From: a virus
Taxonomy: Duplodnaviria; Caudoviricetes
Direction: 5' to 3' (one strand)
Length of the DNA: 64,000 nt
Virus record (IMG/VR): IMGVR_UViG_3300033417_000006
Span: 4,281-68,280 of that record
The notes beneath the pieces were generated by a model. It saw nothing but the letters and a program-made list of their open reading frames with translations, did no database searches and was not told where the DNA came from. Positions within the stretch are counted from its first letter, which is position 1; the number at the start of each line of letters is the position of its first letter. Made by a program: the position numbers and the translations under genes. Positions 8,195-17,259 of the stretch are shown in pieces.

Positions 8195-8287
8195 TGTCGT
8201 GCCTTTCTATTTTGTTACCAATCCCTATCTCGATAATACAAATCATCATCGCGCGGCTCTATGTCCAAAGAGAGCGCGCCTCTCAAT

Positions 8288-8479
8288 TCACTTAATGCAG
8301 ATTTCAATGTTTCCCGGCACGTTAATATCGGCATGGGCGCAAAGATTTTCACACCCTTGCTTTATATGCACTTTGCCAGTGCATTGTATTCTCAGCACAG
8401 TTGAGCCTTGCTTGTTGTGTATCCAGATAGCTTTTCCGCCATCCTGAAACTCCAAGATAGCTATGGGTATTGTGTGCAT
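8288..8479 (-). CDS. Hypothetical protein
   Basis: SD AAAGG upstream; protein-like composition. Confidence 0.5.
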   Translation of the reverse strand: MHTIPIAILEFQDGGKAIWIHNKQGSTVLRIQCTGKVHIKQGCENLCAHADINVPGNIEICIK

Positions 8480-8486
8480 GCCAGAC

Positions 8487-8867
8487 CTAAACCTTTCTAC
8501 CTAACTCCTGGTCAATCAAGCGTTGGTAATCCGCAAACAGCGGAAGGTGTGCGGGTTTTATTTCATATCCACTTGATGGGATTCGTTCATCGTTGCGGAT
8601 GAGGTCGGTTAGTTCCGGCGTGTAGGCTTGTGCAAGGCCCTTTCTGATTTGTGTCAGGCAACCAAAACAACACTTGTCAATTACAGGTCCACCAGAAGGG
8701 GATACAAACTGGAATAGGCATCCAGCGACATGATCAATTGGTTCACCCCACGCAACAGGAATCTCCACTGGGCGCTGTGTCAGGTAATCCACGGCGTGGT
8801 CGTAGTGGTCTCGTGGACGTTGTGTTGGTAACGTTGTTGCTGGCTTGGGTTGAGTTGTTGTTATCAT
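8487..8867 (-). CDS. Hypothetical protein
   Basis: SD GGAGG upstream; CLFQF...CCFGCLTQIR. Confidence 0.55.
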   Translation of the reverse strand: MITTTQPKPATTLPTQRPRDHYDHAVDYLTQRPVEIPVAWGEPIDHVAGCLFQFVSPSGGPVIDKCCFGCLTQIRKGLAQAYTPELTDLIRNDERIPSSGYEIKPAHLPLFADYQRLIDQELGRKV

Positions 8868-8927
8868 ACGCCTGTTCCTCCTGTGTGTTCTGCCGTTTTC
8901 TGTCCCGTAGTCTTCTCGCGGTGCTTC

Positions 8928-9275
8928 TCAACCGCGGCCATTAGTTGTGGTCTTGCGGTCACTAGGCGCCTCCTGTGGTGCTGAGGGGCAACGGTCTGGG
9001 TCCCCACCGGCCTCGATGACGCCGGCACGGAGACCAGGGTTGCCAGAGTTGTAGCGGTCGGTTGCGGTGAGGCCACAGTGCACACATCTGTATAACGTGC
9101 CTGCCGCTGATGGTGGGAGACCGAGTGATCCCCACGGGGTTGACGGTCCTATTTCCCATTTGTGGTGCACGGTCTTGGTCCTTTCCTTTATAGTTGTTCG
9201 TTCATGATCGAACCTTAGTCTATCGCCGATAGTCCTGTCAAATATTATTTTCAACCTTTTTTCGAAGCGCGTCAT
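8928..9275 (-). CDS. Hypothetical protein
   Basis: Open frame in the same-strand array; RCVHCG. Confidence 0.4.
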   Translation of the reverse strand: MTRFEKRLKIIFDRTIGDRLRFDHERTTIKERTKTVHHKWEIGPSTPWGSLGLPPSAAGTLYRCVHCGLTATDRYNSGNPGLRAGVIEAGGDPDRCPSAPQEAPSDRKTTTNGRG

Positions 9276-9441
9276 ATCGCCCCTCAGCCCACGCCCGCTT
9301 GATCGCGCGCCCGATTTTGCGCGCGTTCTGTTTCCCGTTGCGACGGGACGCAGCCGACTTTTTCCTGGTGATCGTGGAGCCGGCGCGGCGGGCTTGTTCG
9401 GCCCAGGCGGCCTTTGGGTTTGGACTGTCGAGTATGCTCAT
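9238..9441 (-). CDS. Small basic protein
   Basis: KKSAASRRNGKQN motif. Confidence 0.45.
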   Translation of the reverse strand: MSILDSPNPKAAWAEQARRAGSTITRKKSAASRRNGKQNARKIGRAIKRAWAEGRYDALRKKVENNI

Positions 9442-9474
9442 GGGGCGGCAACTTAGCCTATCGCCGATGGGTTG

Positions 9475-10086
9475 TCAATGGCGTTCCCAGGGTTCCAGAA
9501 ATTTTAAGCCGGCGATTGCAAATACCTCGCGCTCGGAGTGGGCCTCAAGCCTGATGCCTGTCTGCAAGTCCGTAAAGCCTGAACCGTATGGGTGCCACTT
9601 AAGACCCCGGTGTTTGGCGGCCATGCAAATTCGGACGTTGGTTTCGGCGCCCCCTGTCCGGCAAACCAGGTAGTTCCACCATGCTTCCAGATTGGTTGCA
9701 AAAAGATCGACGGGGATACCGCTCGCGACGTACGTCATGAGTTTGTTCTTCTCGCCGAAGGATTCCCGGCCGTTCTTGTTCAATCGTTTCGCGAGAATGC
9801 CGTTCGCGATTAAGGTCGCAATGGTCTCGTCGGCGAGATTCACCAAGATCGGTTCAGGGAGCAAGCTCTCGTGGTTCTGTTTTGTTCCCAGAATCGGTAC
9901 GAAGACGATTTCGACATCGCCGACCAATTCGTTTCCGCGACGCAACGATCCCGCGATTTCGATGCGCGTGGACACAGGCCGGAGATAGCCGAGAATCTCC
10001 GATGCCACCAGCAGCGCGGCTTGGTTTGGATACTTGGGTTTGTTCACGAAAAGAATGCCGCTGTTATCCCGCTGTTCGTTTGCCAT
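9475..10086 (-). CDS. Minimal X-family DNA polymerase (palm and thumb only)
   Basis: IAGSLRRG..VGDVEIV, PVDLF, YLVCRTGGAETN, SEREVFAIAGLKFLEPWER. Confidence 0.85.
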   Translation of the reverse strand: MANEQRDNSGILFVNKPKYPNQAALLVASEILGYLRPVSTRIEIAGSLRRGNELVGDVEIVFVPILGTKQNHESLLPEPILVNLADETIATLIANGILAKRLNKNGRESFGEKNKLMTYVASGIPVDLFATNLEAWWNYLVCRTGGAETNVRICMAAKHRGLKWHPYGSGFTDLQTGIRLEAHSEREVFAIAGLKFLEPWERH

Positions 10087-10885
10087 AGGTTGCCTTTTTT
10101 CCATCCCAAATCATGTCGTTTATGGCTGCCTGAATAACTCGATGCGTGCCGCCGATCTTCACAAACTCGCGCAAGTCCTTTGCTGGCGGCACATAAATTA
10201 CACTCAGCACACCCAGCATGGCTTGCAATCGTTCCCCGCCTTCTATGCCTGGCTTGTCGTTATCGGCGACAATCACAACTCGTTTGATCTTATTCCCGGC
10301 GATGAATTGTTGCACGATTCTATTGCCCGATTGACATGATGGCCGGCCAACAGCATAGAAGCCCAGATCAAGCGCGGCGGCGCAATCTGTTGGACCTTCT
10401 GTTATCATGCAGCAACTCGCATCCACGGCGCCAGTTGGAATGAATAATCCATCGCGACCGCCCTTCAAGGAACGTTTCATGCCGCCTGGATACCGTAGCC
10501 TGACCCCCGTGATTCGGCGCTCGGCATCTCGCATGGGAAAACCCCAGGCGTCATCATGCGTTCTGAAAGTGCCGATGTTAAACAAGGAGTCCACTGACAA
10601 TCCCAACTCGGCAGCCAATGGCGCAATTCGTTGAATACCGCATTTGTGCATCTCGACATATTGCCCGGCGTTTGTTTCTGGCAAAGGCTGCGCCACCGCG
10701 CTCGCCGGCTTGCGGCAATGGTTCCCATTGAGCCTATGTAACCAGCCTGCATCGCCGGCTCGCCGATCCGATTGTATTCTGGCGCAGATTGCGACAGCAT
10801 CGTGCCGCGAAATCATGCACCAGTCCGATTTGGAACATACCGGACAGGGATTGGCGCGATTAACTCTTTGCCAATTGTGATGCAT
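10064..10885 (-). CDS. DNA primase (zinc ribbon + TOPRIM)
   Basis: CPVCSKSDWC; ITEGPTD; VIVADNDKPG; KDLRE. Confidence 0.85.
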   Translation of the reverse strand: MHHNWQRVNRANPCPVCSKSDWCMISRHDAVAICARIQSDRRAGDAGWLHRLNGNHCRKPASAVAQPLPETNAGQYVEMHKCGIQRIAPLAAELGLSVDSLFNIGTFRTHDDAWGFPMRDAERRITGVRLRYPGGMKRSLKGGRDGLFIPTGAVDASCCMITEGPTDCAAALDLGFYAVGRPSCQSGNRIVQQFIAGNKIKRVVIVADNDKPGIEGGERLQAMLGVLSVIYVPPAKDLREFVKIGGTHRVIQAAINDMIWDGKKATYGKRTAG

Positions 10886-12533
10886 TGTTTCTTTTCCAGC
10901 CGTTAGCTTTAAGTTGGTCGATGAGTTTACTCGCCTCCCATCTTGCGATGCCATTGATTTCTTCCGTGGAATAGCCAGAGCGGGAAAGGACAGCAAGTTG
11001 CTTGCTGGACGCGCCAAATATCGCGGCGATTGTGCCTTTGGCTTCCTCGAAGGTCATGCTGTCGGGATCGTGCCCGCGGCTCGCGAGAATCTTTCTCTGC
11101 TTTTCGCTCAGTTTCGGGTATTGCCTGTAACCATTCCATTTTTCGGCCCGTTTCCTAAACATATCGAATGGATCAACGTAATGCAGCGACACCGTGGCGG
11201 CGGCCTTGATGCCCTGAACTTGGGCCCTGGCGCGCGCCGCCCGGGCCTCCGCGATTGCCTTGGCTCGCAATTCAGCGGCTTCAACTGTTTCGCGCAGGTT
11301 CCGTTCCTTGGATTCATTCTCGGATATTCGCAACGCCAGGTCTTTTGCTTCATCACTGGTTGCGCCTCCAAGAATGTCGATTGCAGTAACGAGCTTGTGC
11401 CGATGCGCGTTTACTCCGGTAAAATCCAACACAAGAACATTCGGTTTACTGGATTCCTTGATACTGTTGATTCGGGATTGAGCGTCCGGCAATCCATCCA
11501 CGATGCCGGGTAACGGTCTTGTGCCACGGCCAACCATCTGCGCGTAACGGCTTCGGCTCATCGTCGGCGCCGCGCACGCCACGCATTCTATGGCTGGAAT
11601 ATCAACGCCCTCGCCGATTATCCCGACATTGGTCAGAAATTGAATGTCGCCCGAACTGAATCCGGTAAGAATGCCTTTTCGATCCGAGTCCGGCGTTTTC
11701 TCCGAGATTGAGGCCGCGCAATTCGGTTTGTATTGGTTGAGGATTTGCGCCGTTAATTCCGCGTTTTCGATGGATGTATTGAAAACTAGTGTCTTGCGAT
11801 TTCCAACGGTTTGAATAATTGCATCCGAAATCCCGAACAGATTTTTCTTCTCCTTCAACAACCTGTCCAAATCCGCGCCATTGAAATCCCCGGCTGTTAC
11901 CTTCACCTTGTTGAAATCCAGGCTTTCCAGTTTACAAACCTTTTGTTCAATATCGACAAGCCAACCTTCCTCGATCATATGGACGATTTCGTAATTGACG
12001 GCTACGGAGTCGCAAACCTTACGCAAAGCCATGCCGTCATGCCTGTCGGGCGTAGCCGTAAATCCGACCATCCGCAATGCAGGATTGCCGTCCATGAAAT
12101 GTTTGATGACGGTCAACCAAGAGCGGCTTGTCGCGTGATGGATTTCGTCCCCGATCAGCAGCGAAAATTCCGCCGGTCTGAATTTATCCATGCGCCGCCA
12201 ATTCTCTTCGCTGCCAGAAATCAGGCTTTGCACCATAGCCACTATGACAACAGCGGAATTATGGCCCCGCCTCGCTCTGAACGCCCCCATTTCCATCTCG
12301 GCGTAAATCCCGAATTGATTGAGCCTGGCTACCATTTGCTTTGCGAGTTCGCGCCGATGAACCAGGACAAGGGTTCGCTCGGGGCGATTGCGGGTGCACA
12401 ATTCGGCAATGCAACTGCCTTTACCCACGCCCGTGGGCATCACGCACAGCGTTGACCGAATGCCCTTGGCCCATTCTGCTGATATTTGATCCAGCGCGAT
12501 CTGCTGATATTCGCGCATGGTTTGTTTACTCAC
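10860..12533 (-). CDS. Superfamily 2 DExH helicase
   Basis: REYQ, MPTGVGK, GDEIHH, TATPDR, GEGVDIP, QMVGRGTR; start at GTG 12533 or ATG 12518. Confidence 0.9.
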   Translation of the reverse strand: MSKQTMREYQQIALDQISAEWAKGIRSTLCVMPTGVGKGSCIAELCTRNRPERTLVLVHRRELAKQMVARLNQFGIYAEMEMGAFRARRGHNSAVVIVAMVQSLISGSEENWRRMDKFRPAEFSLLIGDEIHHATSRSWLTVIKHFMDGNPALRMVGFTATPDRHDGMALRKVCDSVAVNYEIVHMIEEGWLVDIEQKVCKLESLDFNKVKVTAGDFNGADLDRLLKEKKNLFGISDAIIQTVGNRKTLVFNTSIENAELTAQILNQYKPNCAASISEKTPDSDRKGILTGFSSGDIQFLTNVGIIGEGVDIPAIECVACAAPTMSRSRYAQMVGRGTRPLPGIVDGLPDAQSRINSIKESSKPNVLVLDFTGVNAHRHKLVTAIDILGGATSDEAKDLALRISENESKERNLRETVEAAELRAKAIAEARAARARAQVQGIKAAATVSLHYVDPFDMFRKRAEKWNGYRQYPKLSEKQRKILASRGHDPDSMTFEEAKGTIAAIFGASSKQLAVLSRSGYSTEEINGIARWEASKLIDQLKANGWKRNNASQLAKS

Positions 12534-13342
12534 TTGCTGCGTGACCATAGCTCTTTGGTTTCCTTGTCCAAAATGTTGTTCCACTGGAATTTCGAGATGT
12601 AACCGCGCCGATAGCACAGGGTATCCGTCCCGCGCCCAGCGCACTTCGGGCAGACCGTGAATGGGGCGAGATTATTTTTGAGTTTGTGATGGAACGAATC
12701 GGCTTCGGAGACTTCCTGCTGGCCGAAAACTTTGAACGCCGGATCATTCCCTTGGACACCGTGCCGGATAGTTAAAGCCACCTCATGCGAGAGTTTTTCG
12801 AGCCGCGTCGCCACGATGTCAGCCGCGATCCATCGCAGCTTCAAACCGTCAGGTATTTTATGCCCCAACTCATCCACTAATTCTTCGTTGTCGGCGGCTT
12901 CCAAGGATTTTGTGGCCTCGGAAATACTTGCTGCCGTTAGCTTTGCGCTTATCTTTGCAAGTCGTTGAGCGCATTCTGGTTGCGCTATTCGGGCTTTCCC
13001 GGATGCGATTGCAAGTACTTGAGCGCGTTTAGCTTCTGGAACTTTTGCCAACACGGAAGCCTGCCCAGGGCTTTGTATAAAATTTTCTACATTTGAGGGT
13101 AGTGCCGCCTTGATTTTTGCCGACTCGATCAGCTTATAAACCCGATCCCGAGTCCAATTGTGAACTTTCTGGCAATAGTCCTCGAAAGTGCCGAATTGCT
13201 CGCGGTAAAGCCGCCGGTCCCGATACTCAGCCAGGGCCAAACCGACCCGGACGAATTGCGCTTTGCCGTAGCTGATTGCCTCGTCGCATCGCAATTTGGC
13301 CTTCCGTTCATCGGCGGAGAGCCTGGTTTTGATTTCAGCCAT
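12530..13342 (-). CDS. DUF3102-like phage DNA-binding protein
   Basis: VGLALAEYRDRRLYREQFGTFEDYC; GGAG SD. Confidence 0.6.
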   Translation of the reverse strand: MAEIKTRLSADERKAKLRCDEAISYGKAQFVRVGLALAEYRDRRLYREQFGTFEDYCQKVHNWTRDRVYKLIESAKIKAALPSNVENFIQSPGQASVLAKVPEAKRAQVLAIASGKARIAQPECAQRLAKISAKLTAASISEATKSLEAADNEELVDELGHKIPDGLKLRWIAADIVATRLEKLSHEVALTIRHGVQGNDPAFKVFGQQEVSEADSFHHKLKNNLAPFTVCPKCAGRGTDTLCYRRGYISKFQWNNILDKETKELWSRSK

Positions 13343-13674
13343 GAGAATCTCCCAAAAGCCCCATGGAGTCCTCGGCCCTCGAAGGCGCATCAACGAACGG
13401 CATAACTGCCGGAAGTAACGCCAGCCAAGGACCCCATGGGGATTTCGTGGTTCTCATACGCTGATGTATTATCGAGTGCCAACATCCTGCCACACGCCGC
13501 GTGGCTGTCAACAGCGTTTTTTCGCCTGTGCCACCCGCTTCTTCTCGATGCAGGCCGGGCATCGTGCGCTCACTAGCCCCGCATAAGCGCCGCGAGTGTG
13601 GCGATACGCGCGCGCGCCGCATATAATACAGCGCCCCGACTTGCGCCTCCGTATCTGGAATGCCCGTTGCCGCG

Positions 13675-13854
13675 TCACAGCAACCCCCTGACGAACCAGA
13701 GCGTTACCAGATACACAATCACCATCCCCACCCCGAAAACCCGTAGGAACGCAAGCTCGTCGCTCTGGCGGTCGTTCTGGTCCCAGGACTCCCGCAACTC
13801 CTCGATGAGCGCCAGGAGCCGTGTCGAGCCGTGGTTGTCGTGGTCTGGTGTCAT
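13675..13854 (-). CDS. 59-aa membrane protein (below the ORF-track cutoff)
   Basis: My translation: MTPDHDNHGSTRLLALIEELRESWDQNDRQSDELAFLRVFGVGMVIVYLVTLWFVRGLL; ATGA coupling. Confidence 0.5.
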   Translation of the reverse strand: MTPDHDNHGSTRLLALIEELRESWDQNDRQSDELAFLRVFGVGMVIVYLVTLWFVRGLL

Positions 13855-14108
13855 TGGTCCCTCCCTTCAGCTTTTGCGATTGCCGCCAGCGCGGCTGCCA
13901 TTTCCGCCCGATGATTCCGTTCAGGCCCCCCAGAGTATTCAGCCACGAATAACCGGAGAGCCGCCAGCATGTCCGGCGCCGACGCTAACAGGTGGCCATC
14001 CGCGGGAACTCCGTACACGCTATCGCCGTTGACATCGTAAACCCACGGTCCAGGCGTGTGCGCCGTCGTTTTATCGTCTGCTGTCATCGTGTTGAATTTC
14101 ATCTTCAT
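13851..14108 (-). CDS. HTPGPW-family small phage protein
   Basis: HTPGPW...LLASAPDMLAAL...AAIAKAEG. Confidence 0.7.
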   Translation of the reverse strand: MKMKFNTMTADDKTTAHTPGPWVYDVNGDSVYGVPADGHLLASAPDMLAALRLFVAEYSGGPERNHRAEMAAALAAIAKAEGRDQ

Positions 14109-14198
14109 CCTTTCCCCCGCTCGCGCGGATTTGTTGTTGCGCGGTCATTCGCGCCTGCCGGCCCCGACGCTCGGGACCGGACGGCGGGAATCACGGGA

Positions 14199-14381
14199 CT
14201 AGTATCCCCGCTCGATAGCCCACGAAGTAAACTCCGCGGAGCTACAATTGCTCCGGAAGTTTTCCTCCGTCAGCGCGCCGTAGAGGCCCTCGAAGGCCTC
14301 TACGTATTCATCATCCCCGTGGGAGCACTCCCCGGGGTTCAATTGCAACACTGCACATACAATCTGTCGTTTTGTTTTCAT
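14199..14381 (-). CDS. Hypothetical protein, first gene of the leftward early unit
   Basis: SD-like GAGAAG; downstream of a candidate promoter. Confidence 0.45.
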   Translation of the reverse strand: MKTKRQIVCAVLQLNPGECSHGDDEYVEAFEGLYGALTEENFRSNCSSAEFTSWAIERGY

Positions 14382-14417
14382 AGTCTTCTCTTTGTTGTGT
14401 TCCGTCTCACTCTCCAC

Positions 14418-14447
14418 ACCCTACTCTAGCCACGTTAGACCGTCAAC
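14418..14447 (-). promoter_or_regulatory. Candidate sigma70 promoter for the leftward early unit
   Basis: TTGACG-N17-TAGGGT with an AT-rich upstream tract. Confidence 0.5.
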
Positions 14448-14474
14448 TACTATTTTTACGATTCCCCCTAACCA

Positions 14475-14623
14475 GTTGACTGTCAACATATTATAGCCGT
14501 AAATAATTTGCTCCCGAACAGCCGGACCAGCGAGCCACCCCACCCAAATGTCGTCCGCCGGCGTACAGTAACCTGCCCCGGGACATTAACTGTCCAACCC
14601 CATGGACATTGACTGTCTAACCC
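14475..14623. repeat. Palindrome GTTGAC-T-GTCAAC plus two 20-bp direct repeats
   Basis: 14475-14487 palindrome; GGACATTAACTGTCCAACCC (14581-14600) vs GGACATTGACTGTCTAACCC (14604-14623). Confidence 0.75.
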
Positions 14624-15027
14624 TCCTCGCCGCGGTCGCCTGTTTAATGCTCAATGCGGCTCGATCCGTCGTGTTCGTCCCAGGCTGCGCCATGGCGCTT
14701 GCCCAGGCCCAGCACGCCGTGTGTGAACTCCCCCAGTTGCTCGAACATGACGGCGCCGATGTCCGGTTCGCCATTCATCCCGTCGCCGGGCGCATGCCGG
14801 GCCACATGAACGTCCTCCTCGCCGAAGCCAACGTTCCCTACGATGAATTGTTCGAGATGGACGTCGTCAATCCCATCATGGACACCGTCGATGTCTGCGT
14901 CGTCATCGGCGCCAACGGCGGCGCCAATCCCGCCGCGCGCGAGGAACCGGCCAGCCCCATCTACGGCATGCCGGTCATCGAGGCGGATCGGGCGCGAACG
15001 GTCGTTGTCCCAAACCGTGATGGGTAA
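14602..15027 (+). pseudogene. pntB: Decayed fragment of NAD(P) transhydrogenase beta subunit (domain III)
   Basis: AQAQHAV...RFAIHPVAGRMPGHMNVLLAEANVPYD...IGAN..NPAAR...SPIYGMPV; PGYG changed to PGCA; truncated; visibly higher GC. Confidence 0.9.
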
Positions 15028-15458
15028 CACCGGTTCTCGAAGCGTAATTCGCCATCAATTCACCTAACTCATTGGACTCCAAGTTGTTGCGTGTGTGGAA
15101 AACTCGCGACAAACCCGGCCATGATGCACCTAACCCAGGTCACCGGGTGTTGTGTGGATGCCCAAGCCCTTGATCGCCATGAGGTTAGCAGTACATTTTC
15201 GCACAATACTTATTATATTCAATTCGGTTTCCAGAGTAGGATCGAAGGCAGGAGACCCGCCCCCGGGAGAGCGGGCAGCCCCCTGTGGCACCTCGCGTCT
15301 ATTAGTACCCCCCTCTGCGCAACTCAGCCGGAAGTAATTCGAGGTTGGGCTGGCAATAATTTCCCCCCTGTACCCCCTTTTCTTCTTCTTCTCAGACGTT
15401 ACAGTAACGCTACAAAATGTTACTTGCATTACACGATAAGATATGGGAAGGTGTGTTC

Positions 15459-16043
15459 ATGGCGATTGGGAAGCGATTGAGGTTCGAGATATTCAAGCGG
15501 GACAGGTTTGTTTGCCAATACTGTGGGGCGAAGCCGCCATCGGTTGTTCTTGAAGTAGATCACGTTGAACCGAAATCGCTTGGTGGGGTGGATGACGAAC
15601 CGAATTTGATAACGAGTTGTTTGGATTGCAACAGAGGCAAGGGAGCGGTTCCATTAAGAGATCGAGTGAAGGAGATTTCTTTCGGCTTGGAGATTCAGCA
15701 GGAGAGGTTGGACCAGAGGATTGCTTACCAGAAATTTCTCGAAGAGAAGGCCGAAAAGGAGGGTGAGTGGGTTGAAGTTATCTTGGAGCGATGGGCGGTA
15801 TTAACCGGGCAGAATCCCGATTCCGACGAGTGGTCGTTTTATTGGGAACTGGAACCTGCGGTTCGTAAATTTGTGAAGCTGCTTGCCGCCGAAGAAATTA
15901 TTGAGGCGGCGCAGATTGCGTTCGGCAGATATCCCAACGCGACGCAGAGTTACCAGTTCAAATTCTTCTGCGGAATATGCTGGAGGAAGATTCGAGGTTC
16001 GGGGGTTTTGGTGACTAGTAGCGTGCAAACTGGAAAGGATTGA
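15459..16043 (+). CDS. HNH endonuclease
   Basis: RFEIFKRDRFVCQYCG...EVDHVEP...NLITSCLDCNRGK. Confidence 0.9.
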   Translation: MAIGKRLRFEIFKRDRFVCQYCGAKPPSVVLEVDHVEPKSLGGVDDEPNLITSCLDCNRGKGAVPLRDRVKEISFGLEIQQERLDQRIAYQKFLEEKAEKEGEWVEVILERWAVLTGQNPDSDEWSFYWELEPAVRKFVKLLAAEEIIEAAQIAFGRYPNATQSYQFKFFCGICWRKIRGSGVLVTSSVQTGKD

Positions 16044-16507
16044 ACGGCGTGTATGTGAAGCTTTACAATCAGATATTGGATTCTTCGATAGCGAACAACA
16101 GGCGGTTGCGGCATTTTTTCACGGATTTGCTGTTATGCAGTGATCCCGAAGGGAATGTGATAATGACGAAGGAAGCCATTGCGAATCGGATACGGGCATC
16201 ATTGGAGGAGGTTGAATGGGGGCTAGCGGAATTGAGCAAGCCTGATCCTGGAAGCAATCATCTGGACATGGAGGGGAAGAGGATTATTCCCTTGGCAGGG
16301 CATGGGTATGGATGGAAGGTGGTGAACTACGCCCTTTACCGGACGATAAAGAGCGCCAAAGAGTTGCGGGCGGAAACCGCGGAGAGAGTTCGCAAGCACA
16401 GGGAGAGGAAGGCTGAAAAGAGAAAGAGGTCTAATTTAAGCACATCGACAACGCTGGCCGAGCGGGTGTACACGAAGAAAGTCGAGGATGGGGAGATAGA
16501 GCTATGA
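16040..16507 (+). CDS. Phage replication initiator / replisome-organiser-like N-terminal domain
   Basis: YVKLYNQILDSSI...PDPGS...EGKRI...GWKVVNYALYR...ERVRKHRERK; TTG start overlapping the upstream stop. Confidence 0.7.
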   Translation: MNGVYVKLYNQILDSSIANNRRLRHFFTDLLLCSDPEGNVIMTKEAIANRIRASLEEVEWGLAELSKPDPGSNHLDMEGKRIIPLAGHGYGWKVVNYALYRTIKSAKELRAETAERVRKHRERKAEKRKRSNLSTSTTLAERVYTKKVEDGEIEL

Positions 16508-16662
16508 AAAACAAGATGGAGAAGAAGTGGCCGCTTAATGTTGATCCAAACCTATCGGCCAAACAGGTCATTAAAATGCGGTTGGATCGGGAACAACTGG
16601 AATGGCAACGGAAGTATCCAAAATACGCGGAGGCATGTCGAAGGATTGGTAGATTCATCTAA
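16504..16662 (+). CDS. 52-aa hypothetical protein
   Basis: ATGA coupling and GGAG SD; my translation begins MKNKMEKKWPLNVDPN. Confidence 0.4.
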   Translation: MKNKMEKKWPLNVDPNLSAKQVIKMRLDREQLEWQRKYPKYAEACRRIGRFI

Positions 16663-16664
16663 CC

Positions 16665-16871
16665 ATGATCGACGTTGAGACATGCAAGGAGCATTGCTGG
16701 CATTTCACCGGCAAGGTGCTTCTTTGCGATCCGCCTTTATCCGAGGAGGTTTGCTGTCAATGCGGTAGCACAAGGAAGTTTAGGATGAAGTCGGCTGTTG
16801 ACGCCGCGTCCGGCCACGGGCCGCATCATCCCCGCCGTTGGTTTGCCGAAGGGGTGAAGAAGAGATGCTGA
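16665..16871 (+). CDS. Small Cys/His-rich protein
   Basis: CKEHCWH...CCQCG...HGPHHP. Confidence 0.5.
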   Translation: MIDVETCKEHCWHFTGKVLLCDPPLSEEVCCQCGSTRKFRMKSAVDAASGHGPHHPRRWFAEGVKKRC

Positions 16872-17049
16872 CCGAAGCCCCGGGGGCCGGGTCGGCCCCT
16901 GAACGAATCCATAGCGCCGCAATCCCGCGGTTCACGGCTGGAGCATCATAGCCGGGCCCAGGACGGCTTCTGGCGGGTTTTGATTGATGTAAGTAGTGTG
17001 GGGGGTGGTTTTGGTTATTTAGATAGCGTCCAGGGTGGGTTTTGTTCGA

Positions 17050-17259
17050 TTACCGGGGTTTCCTGCCCGCTCTTCGAAGGATTCTGACCTCAGGGATTTT
17101 GGGGGCGCCTGGATCACGATTTTGCCAGAATGCGACGGCGGTATGTGGATTTATTGCGATTGGACCCTTGGAGTGACAATTTTTGCAGGTGAGGCAGGAC
17201 CAGCCGTCAGGGTGCTCGGTATGGACGATTTTGGTTGAGCCGCAGAAAGGGCATGGCAT
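17050..17259 (-). CDS. Lar-like (restriction alleviation) zinc-ribbon protein
   Basis: MPCPFCGS...CKNCHSKGP...AVAFWQNR. Confidence 0.65.
   Translation of the reverse strand: MPCPFCGSTKIVHTEHPDGWSCLTCKNCHSKGPIAINPHTAVAFWQNRDPGAPKIPEVRILRRAGRKPR

Noticed and set aside
10914-12455. Long plus-strand ORFs opposite the helicase, and similar antisense ORFs opposite recT, scaffold, capsid and the giant gene
   Set aside because: No recognisable motifs or promoters; consistent with antisense shadows of GC3-rich genes, unlike the HNH at 56939-57634
13484-13511. Possible leftward promoter TTGACA-N16-CAGGAT
   Set aside because: Perfect -35 but the -10 lacks the first T; kept only as a weak candidate
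14602-15027. pntB as a functional auxiliary metabolic gene
   Set aside because: No membrane domain or pntA, the NADP-binding GYG is mutated, and the C-terminus is truncated
14100-15450. tRNA or other structured RNA genes in the intergenic region
   Set aside because: GC-rich hairpins exist (e.g. ~14130-14170) but I could not fit a cloverleaf or T-loop consensus; needs tRNAscan/Infernal
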